From assembly GCA_950097015.1 (NCBI GenBank), contig CATNEN010000005.1, positions 310,001-374,000 of the forward strand: a stretch of 64,000 bases of DNA, given 5' to 3'. The notes under the pieces are model-generated. The model ran no database searches. It was not told the DNA's origin and worked only from the letters and a program-made list of their open reading frames with translations. The position numbers and the translations under genes were made by a program. Of the stretch, positions 13,343 to 21,146 are shown piece after piece; within the stretch, counting starts at the first letter, position 1, and each line of letters opens with the position of its first letter. Origin of the DNA: Macrostomum hystrix (Eukaryota; Animalia; Platyhelminthes).

Positions 13343-13499
13343 GACGGCAGATTGGGGCTGCAATTTGTAACGACTCAAATACTGACTGTGCAATGTAGCA
13401 GTTGTTAATTTAGCATCCGTCTAAAAAAACAAAGCTCGAAACAGAAATTAGAAAATACTAAGTGGTTAGATAAAGAATTGTCGACCATTACAGTACACG

Positions 13500-13725
13500 A
13501 GTCTGAGCTCGATTCCGCATTAATTAATCTGGCATGCAGCCGCGGAGAGACGGCTGACAAGGGGCTCGTCGTGCAATTAACGTCATTCAGAGCCAACTTT
13601 TAAGGCATAGTTAGTGTACACTGCCTGACGAGGAGAAAGCGTGTGCCTGCGTACGGTATCTGTGTGCTCAGGAGTCAGCGAAATGTGCAAAATTGCTTTC
13701 TTGCTGACTGCGGGTCTAGTGTCAC
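13500..13725 (+). mobile_element. SINE family 2 copy
   Basis: Colinear similarity to 3240-3520. Confidence 0.7.
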
Positions 13726-14238
13726 CAAATAGTGTGTTACTTCCTGCAAACCTGAAACCACTATTATTTTATAACTAATGACCAAACTACTAAGTCCATG
13801 AGCTAACTAAAACATACAAAGAAAATACAAAGATAACAATTAACTTGCTTAACAATTTAGAAATTGGAAAACTGCATAACACAAAAGTTTACGACAACTC
13901 AAAGACAGATTTATTGTTATAAATAAAATCGTTAAGCATATAATACTGCTAAAATGTGATGATCACTTCGGGTGCAGTAAAATTGAACGTCAATACAAAA
14001 ATGTAGCAAAGGCTATAAAAATGCCATGTCAAAATTTTAAATAAAGTCAGAGACAGTTAAAATGCAGTCCTTGTGACAAATCGACTCAAGCAGGCACTTG
14101 GAGGCCAGCAGGCGAGACTAGAAGTAGATTCTGGAATAAAAGTGCCAGGTAAAATTGTTTTTCGATAAACGATTAATGAAACTTGTAAGTTACAAATTAA
14201 ATATGATAGTGTACATAATCGTTCACATCTAGCTGCCA

Positions 14239-14316
14239 TCAGAGAGAAGATTAGACGCCATTCATAGTCTATTGATATTAGACTCATATGGTTGATCCAT
14301 ATAAATATGTCATCAT
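14239..14316 (-). ncRNA. SNORD7: Box C/D snoRNA, mgU6-47-like (U6 Am47); D' guide complementary to the 18S 5' end (U8)
   Basis: C ATGATGA, D CTGA. D guide CTAATCTTCTCT is perfectly complementary to U6 A43-G54; the fifth nt from D falls on A47. D' guide GGATCAACCA + ATGA. Symbol reflects guide-level homology. Confidence 0.9.
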
Positions 14317-14361
14317 TTTGAGCTTACAAAACATGCGACTATGGAAGAAATAAAACACTAG

Positions 14362-14433
14362 TCAGAGATAATTAAAACCATTCATAATGTCTTGTAGACT
14401 CATATGGTTGATCCAAAAAAGCAGTCTCATCAT
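14362..14433 (-). ncRNA. Box C/D snoRNA, paralogue keeping only the 18S-U8 D' guide
   Basis: C/D boxes; 19-nt identity TGGATCAACCATATGAGTC with 14239-14316; U6 guide lost. Confidence 0.85.
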
Positions 14434-14641
14434 TAAATATAGCTAACAAATAATTATTGGTAAGCAGCTGTAAAGTATAGGACAAATTTTCTTACCTTAA
14501 ACGCAAAGATGACGCACAACCGTGACAAAAGCAATCAGGCATTAGCGGACGTCTGAAAATTTGAATGAAATAATGTAATCAGCGCATTCAAAGGTAAAAA
14601 AGAGCAAGTATAAAATAATATGAACTTAAGAACATTATATA

Positions 14642-14722
14642 TCAGATAGGGGCGTTTTTCCACAATTGCTTGTCTATTATTACAGAGCAAGGCGTCAGAA
14701 AGACTAATCAATAAATCATCCT
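14642..14722 (-). ncRNA. SNORD80: Box C/D snoRNA, U80/snR60-like D guide (28S Gm1612 human / Gm908 yeast) plus D' guide to AAAGACTAATC
   Basis: C AGGATGA, D' CTGA, D CTGA. Guides CGCCCCTAT and GATTAGTCTTT are complementary to 28S ATAGGGGCG and AAAGACTAATC. Confidence 0.85.
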
Positions 14723-14923
14723 GTTTTCGAAGGGTATAACAAACACCTAACGTGTGCAAAATAGTGAAAAATGACATACCTTCATAGAACAATGCCAACG
14801 ATTAGAAATCTCGACCTCCTCGAGCAAATGAACGCGTCTAAAACAGGACAGATCAGAATATTTAAAAGATATAAGCGATTAGTGCTATATGAAAATAAAT
14901 ATTATAAAATTTAAGCATTTCTA

Positions 14924-15000
14924 TCAGGTAGAGCTAATAACTAGTCCGCATTTACACGATTTAGTGAATCGGACAAGAGGTGTCAAAATTGTATCATCAT
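14924..15000 (-). ncRNA. SNORD44: Box C/D snoRNA, U44-like (18S Am166) plus D' guide to 28S CAAGAGGTGTCA (yeast Gm2791 equivalent)
   Basis: C ATGATGA; D guide TATTAGCTCTA + CTGA; D' CCGA preceded by TGACACCTCTTG. Confidence 0.88.
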
Positions 15001-15054
15001 TATATATTATTAAAGTACATTAAATTGTCACTAATATAAAATAATTACACCTGC

Positions 15055-15215
15055 CCTAATTAGGCCAGATGTGCAGCTAACAGCACAGCCGTAGCTATTG
15101 CGCGGCTTATCTGAAGGCTGCATACAGCGGTTCAGTCCATGGACTGGAGGGACGCCACACCCACTCTCAAATACCCCATAGCTGGGTCAACTGAAGCAAT
15201 GAAGATTTATTTAAT
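15055..15215 (-). mobile_element. SINE family 1 3' part inserted in the snoRNA host gene
   Basis: Reverse complement of the 4480-4660 body. Confidence 0.8.
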
Positions 15216-15517
15216 TGTCTTGCTAAACCACAAGGCTACAACCGCCTCTAACCACAAGGCTGCAACCGCCTCTAAGGATCGTAAGTATCCCTAAGTTTGG
15301 TTTAAAAGCGCAGCTGTGTGAAATATCAGTTTTATTGTTTGCTTAATAAAAATTAAGCATAGGTACAATTAAGTTAACTTACATACGATGGAATAATTCA
15401 TTGATTCTTTTGAAGCTGAGGCCTTGAAAATTCTGCAAAAATAGCGGGAAAGTTTGTTATAAAAAACTAAAAAACCTATTGGATAGATGGTTTCTGTTGG
15501 ACTAATGTATATTGCAA

Positions 15518-15577
15518 TCAGATTCGGGAAATTGTTCAATCAAATTATTTATCATCGTAGGTAAGAGAAGTCATCAC
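15518..15577 (-). ncRNA. Box C/D snoRNA, D' guide to 28S GTAGGTAAGGGAAGTC
   Basis: C GTGATGA, D' ATGA, D CTGA. Guide pairs 16 nt with one G-U. Short TTCGGGA match at D (U50/Gm2863-like, weak). Confidence 0.8.
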
Positions 15578-15768
15578 AATTATTAATCCGAATATATTCA
15601 CTAAATAGTTACTATTTATAGTAGAAATTTCAGCTATAACTTACTTTAAGTGAGCTCGATACTGATGACTACCAGGAATCTGAAGGAGTTATATATATAT
15701 TTATTAAAAATAATAACTTATAGTAGGACATGAATCCTAACAAAAGCAAACTATTATTTTTTTTGCGA

Positions 15769-15842
15769 TCAGAGCGCTGTAGTGCAATATCAGTTCCGTT
15801 TAATTGGATCACAGAAAGGTAAGCTTGACAGTTTCTCATCAT
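15769..15842 (-). ncRNA. SNORD48: Box C/D snoRNA, U48-like D guide (28S Cm1868) with unassigned D' guide
   Basis: C ATGATGA. D element CACTACAGCGCT-CTGA vs human U48 CACCGCAGCGCT-CTGA as I recall it. Paralogue at 18641-18715. Confidence 0.8.
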
Positions 15843-15990
15843 GAATATACATGGTTTACCTGTTTAAAAAAACGACTGAACCTGCCTAAACTACAACATG
15901 GCATAGTACATGTGGAGTACTTGTAAAAAGACAAAGTAGTAGACTAGTTCTTTACGAATAAAATATGCTAGCTTTCTAATAGAGTTGAAT

Positions 15991-16054
15991 TCAGCTGCCA
16001 AAGTTTAATTTCACGCTTTATCAAACAGCATGACGGTGTAAATAGGATCATCAT
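15991..16054 (-). ncRNA. Box C/D snoRNA family F copy 1 (D' guide ACACCGTCATGCTGT, near-complementary to 28S ACAGCAGGACGGTG)
   Basis: C/D boxes; guide identical in three paralogues. Confidence 0.8.
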
Positions 16055-16262
16055 GGATTCAATCTTTAGAAGCTAACTAACAATTAAAGTTAAAAAGGAA
16101 TATAAAACAAATTACCGTGGCCTACCTCAATCAGCTGGTGTTAACGTTCAGTTAGATGTCACTAAGTTGGCCCTTCGTGTTCTAAAACGAAAAGAAGGTT
16201 TACGGATCTAAAATTTTTGTCCGGATTTTAATACTTAAACGGTTTAACTAATTAAATCTACT

Positions 16263-16327
16263 TCAGATGGTGATGCATGGAAGATATATATCATTGTTAT
16301 CAAATGCAAAAGGTGATATCTCATCAT
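16263..16327 (-). ncRNA. SNORD33: Box C/D snoRNA, U33/snR55-like (18S Um1326)
   Basis: D guide CATGCATCACCAT-CTGA vs human U33 CATGCACTACCAT-CTGA; C ATGATGA. Confidence 0.88.
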
Positions 16328-16539
16328 ACTAAATCCCTTTTCTCAATTGTTGCTATGTTAAAAATTTTTAGTATATAATTTTTGCAAATAAGAAAACAAA
16401 ATTAGATTTTTTATGTTACCTTTGAAAGACATTTAGGACGTGTTTTTTTAGGCACCTGAAAAAATAATTTAAGAAAAATCTGGTAAAAACAAAGCGGATT
16501 TTTAATAACGTTAATAGAAGCTTATAAAATACGCTGAAA

Positions 16540-16605
16540 TCAGTTGAAGAAATTTAATCCGCATTTTTGTAAATTGGACAAAGGGTGTCAAATTTTTATC
16601 ATCAT
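16540..16605 (-). ncRNA. Diverged U44-like paralogue
   Basis: C/D boxes intact; TCCGCATT and GGACAA..GGTGTCAAA shared with 14924-15000; D guide degenerate. Confidence 0.7.
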
Positions 16606-16709
16606 GTTACAACTATTAGTCGCATTGTATGAAATCTATAGTGCTATTCTTGGCCTATAACTGAGATCTCTGGTTACTGCTATGCTATTTCTTGCAGTTA
16701 AATTGCAGT

Positions 16710-16771
16710 TCAGAACCCAGTGCTATCATCACCGAAAGTCAGGTCAAAGTGAAGATATTGAGTATCATCAT
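16710..16771 (-). ncRNA. Double-guide box C/D snoRNA: D to 28S Cm3680 (SNORD88/snR76 site), D' to Am3697 (U37 site)
   Basis: C ATGATGA, D' CTGA, C' GTGATGA, D CTGA. Guides complementary to CCCAGTGCT and GTCAAAGTGAAGA. Confidence 0.9.
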
Positions 16772-16825
16772 AATACGCAATGGTTATCGAAGTCTAATAT
16801 ACACCTCTAGAAAAGAATTAACACT

Positions 16826-16983
16826 GCATGTGAGCCACGCTCATCAGAAGCTGATATTAGGCAATAAAATTGAATAAAACAACTTCTGGATTTTAAGTGG
16901 ATCGGAAGAGCTTCCTAATCTAGCGACTAAATGAATCAGTCACCAATATACCTTAGTCGGTGATTGAAACGAGAAAGTCGCAA
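16826..16983 (-). ncRNA. Box H/ACA snoRNA; 5' pocket fits 28S Psi3801 (human ACA54/SNORA54 site)
   Basis: Hairpin 1 (16923-16981). H box AGATTA at 16916-16921, 14 nt from the pocket. Hairpin 2, then ACA at 16829-16831. Pocket strands pair with GAAUGGA-U-N-AACGAGA. Confidence 0.75.
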
Positions 16984-17162
16984 GCAATCGTGGGCAAATT
17001 TGAGATAAGTTTAACATAATTGTTACTCACTTTTAAAATTACCGACAGATATCCTTTCTCCGAATTGAACACTGGATAGTAACTGAAATGTCAATTTAAA
17101 GGCATCTTAGTATTGATAGCAAATCATTGATACTCTATTTGAGATGTTTTGGCACTTAAGAG

Positions 17163-17229
17163 TCAGATGGTGATGCATGAAAAAAAGATATATCATAGGT
17201 TCTCGAACAAGCAGGTGTTGTATCATCAC
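17163..17229 (-). ncRNA. Box C/D snoRNA, U33-like copy 2
   Basis: Same D guide; C GTGATGA. Confidence 0.85.
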
Positions 17230-17406
17230 ACTATTGTATTATGAAACTAAAATATTATATAAAGCAATTTACCTTTATAGAATCCCCTTAGATCACTAGC
17301 ACTTGGTTGCTTCACCAACCTGAAGAAGTTTACATGAACAAAATTGCTTGAGCTTGTAGCGAAAAAAAAACAAAATAAAATTTTATAATTTAAAAACAAA
17401 AACTAA

Positions 17407-17485
17407 TCAGGAATAAATATTTTGTTCATACTGTAGCACACTTGGCGCCAGAGATCATATGAACTATGCTAATTAAATTCATCAT
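17407..17485 (-). ncRNA. Box C/D snoRNA, U77-like D' guide (28S Am1521 human / Am817 yeast)
   Basis: C ATGATGA; guide GCATAGTTCA + D' ATGA, complementary to TGAACTATGC; D CTGA. Confidence 0.82.
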
Positions 17486-17703
17486 AAAATATATTACAAA
17501 ATAAAAGCATAGACAAAAATTACAAATATAATTTCGATTAGGATAAATAAGAAAGCAAGAAACTTACAGAATGAAATGAGATCACTAGGTAATTTGGAGG
17601 TAGAAGGAGCAAACCAAAAAGTAGCTGAAAGAATGGTGCAATTGTTATTAGAACTTTAATAATGGTCTATTAATTCTAATCTAAAAATCTAAACTGGTAA
17701 TGA

Positions 17704-17766
17704 TCAGAGTATTATTAATTTACAATCACATTCATATCATAGTAGGTAAGGAAAAGAATTCATCAC
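17704..17766 (-). ncRNA. Box C/D snoRNA, paralogue of 15518-15577
   Basis: TCAT-N-GTAGGTAAGG register conserved; C GTGATGA. Confidence 0.78.
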
Positions 17767-17977
17767 GTCACTGAACTATTAAAAACGGCTGTAGTAATAC
17801 ATATGTACTTACACATGTAATTCCTTGCCACCTCAGCCAGAATCATCTGCCTCGGACACCACAACATTCAAAAGGTCCATACGACTAGGACTATGTAACT
17901 GCAAAATAAAAGACCGATGTTAATGAGTGACAAAGAACAAAAGAACAAACAGTTGTGCGATAAAAATACGGATAAGC

Positions 17978-18065
17978 TCAGGTAGCAAATATCTCTTCAA
18001 GATTTTAGGGCGTCGAAATGTGCACAAATGCACACTCGACTTCCGACGGTAATTCCAATCATCAT
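17978..18065 (-). ncRNA. Double-guide box C/D snoRNA: D to 28S Cm2352 (U24 site), D' to 18S Um627 (SNORD65/snR77 site)
   Basis: Guides complementary to GTAGCAAATAT and CGGTAATTCCA; D' CGGA; C ATGATGA. Confidence 0.88.
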
Positions 18066-18134
18066 TGTGAATAACAAAAATATAATTACTAGACAACAAA
18101 TAGTTTTGCATAAATTAGCAACATGTCCAAAGCA

Positions 18135-18224
18135 TCAGCGGCCAATTTTTCATTGACGCGAGTAGTTTTACTGCATGGCGATATCATTTTTCAGAGTCGC
18201 TAAGCCAGGGATAACAATCATCAT
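18135..18224 (-). ncRNA. Box C/D snoRNA, snR38-like D' guide (28S Gm4362 human / Gm2815 yeast); possible D guide to the C2836 equivalent
   Basis: C ATGATGA; GTTATCCCTG + CTTA complementary to CAGGGATAAC; D guide matches CGGCCAA (7 nt only). Confidence 0.78.
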
Positions 18225-18305
18225 GTACTTTATTGCGGACGTGTGCTAAAACAAATTTAAGTTAAAAGTTGTACTAAACATAAAAACTACAAGTGTCTAT
18301 CCATC

Positions 18306-18369
18306 TCAGCTGCCATATGGTTCTTATCATGTGTGTCTAACAGCATGACGGTGTAATTAGGATCATCAT
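18306..18369 (-). ncRNA. Box C/D snoRNA family F copy 2
   Basis: C/D boxes and conserved guide. Confidence 0.8.
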
Positions 18370-18640
18370 TTAGATGGAACACTTAAGTCTTAGGAGTTAA
18401 TGAGCATTGGAAACAACACAATTTAAATTTCAAACGATTTAAGAAAAAATTTAACCTACCTACTAATATTGGCAAAACTGGCTTCTTGAGCCTGAGCCAA
18501 ATCTACTACTACTTTAAGTAGTCAGTCAGAAATCCACGTGAATTGTCGAATCTCAAGTCTAGAAAATTTGAAACGAAGTTCAAAATTTTGTTAAGAAACA
18601 TTTAAGGAGTCAATTTGATATTAATAAATGATACAAGACA

Positions 18641-18715
18641 TCAGAGCGCTGTAGTGACTTATCACATCCCTAATTAGGATCACAGAAAGGTAAGCTAGAA
18701 CGTAATAATCATCAT
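18641..18715 (-). ncRNA. Box C/D snoRNA, U48-like copy 2
   Basis: Both guides identical to 15769-15842. Confidence 0.82.
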
Positions 18716-18757
18716 GCAATTAGATAATACTTCAACTACAAGGAGTATGATTTGGGC

Positions 18758-18840
18758 TCAGACAGCAAATTATCTTCAGTGTTAGACTTTGATGTGCACA
18801 GTTGCGCACAACAAATTCCGACGGTAATTCCAATCATCAT
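18758..18840 (-). ncRNA. Box C/D snoRNA, paralogue of 17978-18065 (18S Um627 guide intact, Cm2352 guide degenerate)
   Basis: TCCGACGGTAATTCCAATCATCAT identical to the other copy. Confidence 0.82.
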
Positions 18841-18990
18841 AGCCCAAAACAAATTTGAAGGATTCACTGCAGGGGAAGGAAAAAAGAGGGTAAGAAATGA
18901 AATGACAGATAAGTGATAAGACTATTAGTACTTTAAATACGAACAAAGTCTTAATTTGAGAAAAAAAACCTAAGCTTGCATGCATCCATT

Positions 18991-19054
18991 TCAGCTGCCA
19001 TTAAATTAAAATCATGTGTTTCATACAGCATGACGGTGTAAAATTAATCATCAT
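18991..19054 (-). ncRNA. Box C/D snoRNA family F copy 3
   Basis: C/D boxes and conserved guide. Confidence 0.8.
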
Positions 19055-19344
19055 TTAATGGAGCATAGCGAAGCAAAATTAGTTGATAGACTACAAAATA
19101 AGAAAATAGTAAAGGAGGTCGGAAGCAAATTTAAACGGACGAAAATCATTAATTAACTGCAAAAAATATAATTACACAATGAGCGCAAAAATTTACCTTA
19201 TTTGCTTCTTTGGAATTGCTTAAACTCTTCTGTGTGCTTCAGCTAGTCTGTTTTCTGGAGTCTAAAACGGTTATTAAATAGGTCGCTTGTAATATTGAGG
19301 AGAAATTTAACTTGCCAGTTTTTAGTTTATATACTCTTGCGCAA

Positions 19345-19412
19345 TCAGATGGTGATGCATGAAAAAAGATTTGTCATAACAAAACTCTAACTATAGGTGA
19401 TTTTATCATCAT
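19345..19412 (-). ncRNA. Box C/D snoRNA, U33-like copy 3
   Basis: Same D guide; C ATGATGA. Confidence 0.85.
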
Positions 19413-19600
19413 TGTTTGTTAAATAGGACATTACATTTATATAACAGTAAATAAAGGCATAGAATACTACTTACCAGTATAATCATGTACTCCGAGCGAA
19501 AAGTTTTTCTGAAATTTGTGAGAATAAATAAATATAACCAATTTGTGTTAGATGTTAACGGTAAAACCAAGCACTTGTATTCTTCGATATAAAAATGCCA

Positions 19601-19674
19601 TCAGATAGGGGCGTTTGTCTACACAGAGCACTAATAAGCACACATAAGAAAGACTAATCATACAAGTTCATCAT
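19601..19674 (-). ncRNA. Box C/D snoRNA, U80-like copy 2
   Basis: Both guides as in 14642-14722; D' CTTA. Confidence 0.85.
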
Positions 19675-19907
19675 TAGGAACTAAAGTTTTGGCTCTACTT
19701 TGTTAAGTACAAAGAATTAGGTCGACAGTACTAAACTAGTTTAAAAACAGTGATAACAATTTAAACATACTTACACTTTTAAAGCATGTTTTAATTCCTC
19801 GACTTAGCTAGTTATAAGGCATCTAAAATAAAATAATGAGATTTATTAATTAAAGAAAACAATATCAGTGGTTGAATGGACCTTACTTTAAATATTTAGA
19901 ACACATA

Positions 19908-19980
19908 TCAGGAAGAGCTAATAGTCCGCATGAATAAATGCTAAACAATTATTTGGACTAGAACAATGTTTTAACATCAT
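19908..19980 (-). ncRNA. U44-like paralogue (18S Am166 guide intact, C box ATGATGT)
   Basis: TATTAGCTCT guide + CTGA; D' guide degenerate. Confidence 0.72.
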
Positions 19981-20069
19981 TCTGGGCATTTAACTTAAAT
20001 TAAGTCAACTATTTTCTAACCTGTCGATTAAATTTCAGATATACAAAATACAGTTTGAGGCAACAGTTT

Positions 20070-20133
20070 TCAGAACCCAGTGCTACAATCATAAAATATC
20101 AGATCAAAGTGAAGAATGTTTGGATATCATCAC
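20070..20133 (-). ncRNA. Box C/D snoRNA, paralogue of 16710-16771
   Basis: Both guides conserved; C GTGATGA. Confidence 0.88.
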
Positions 20134-20483
20134 AAAATGTGCCTCATTTTGAATTCAATTACACTAAAATTAAATAATAACAAACTACTGTTTATAAATG
20201 TAAACACAAAAATGAAGGCTAACATAGTAATACAACTACTATTAAGATCTAATGACTAACATATTGCACAAAATTAATACAATTGAGTATAGGTAGAGTA
20301 CTTCAGAACCGAATTTTACATCCAAGCTGCTCTGTTTCAAAAGCATGTGCCCAGTACTGCCCTCAATATTTTAGATCCAAAGTACAAACTTGAAGTATAA
20401 AAATGGAGCTTCTTATAAGTACAAATAATTGTAGGATCATTTGGATATTGAAGCAGCAAAAAGGTGACACATTTTGGGAAGAT

Positions 20484-20577
20484 CCAGAGCCAAGTGTTTA
20501 CAACAGAGCAACAAAAAAATATGTAGCTCTGAGCATAACACTATAATAGCTTGCTCAGAGAATGGATTGTTCATCAT
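20484..20577 (-). ncRNA. Candidate degenerate box C/D snoRNA against the 28S A-loop region (GCCAAGTGTT / TGGATTGTTC)
   Basis: C ATGATGA and D' CTGA present; D is CTGG; both guides sit one nt off the +5 register. Confidence 0.45.
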
Positions 20578-20805
20578 ATCACTCTGTTTAAATATCGCAT
20601 ATGATCTATTAAAAACGAAGATGTCAAAATGTCATTTGACGATGTCGAACAAATTATAAAGCTACTTACCAACTAGATTGCTGTATAGATAGTAGGATTT
20701 TGCTATTGTGATATCGGCAAGGCGATGGCTTCTAAAATGGTTTAGGTGCTATACACTATTTTTTATTATAAAAATTAAAAAACTACAAAAGCCAGACATC
20801 TTTAA

Positions 20806-20877
20806 TCAGATGTATATATAGTATCCACAGTGGCATGAAAATGCAAATCAGACATATGCTTGTCAGTTATTCATCAC
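20806..20877 (-). ncRNA. SNORD27: Box C/D snoRNA, U27/snR74-like (18S Am27)
   Basis: C GTGATGA; GACAAGCATATG + D' CTGA, complementary to CATATGCTTGTC; D CTGA. Confidence 0.9.
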
Positions 20878-21070
20878 AAAAAATTAATATCAGAAGGTAT
20901 TGTTTAATATAGATAAAATAATAGAGAACTTACAATTTGTGATTCTCATGTGAATCTAGATATAGCACACTGAAGCAAACTGGCTGTTTCCTGCAGTTAA
21001 ATGGGTTTAATATAAAATTTATGCATTGAGCACGCTGAATAACAAAAACTAGTTTGTGTTTTGAAAGGTA

Positions 21071-21146
21071 TCAGATATCGTTTCAATTTTGACATTCACA
21101 GCTTAGCTCAAAAAGAACAGGCTCAAAACACGTTGGGTAACATCAT
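21071..21146 (-). ncRNA. Candidate orphan box C/D snoRNA
   Basis: C ATGATGT, D CTGA, size and orientation like its neighbours; no target recognised. Confidence 0.35.

Noticed and set aside
14535-14600. CTGA motifs suggesting another C/D snoRNA
   Set aside because: No C box, and the segment overlaps a host exon (14496-14552)
20283-20450. Possible second H/ACA snoRNA (two loose hairpins with AAAATA between them)
   Set aside because: No terminal ACA box and no target found
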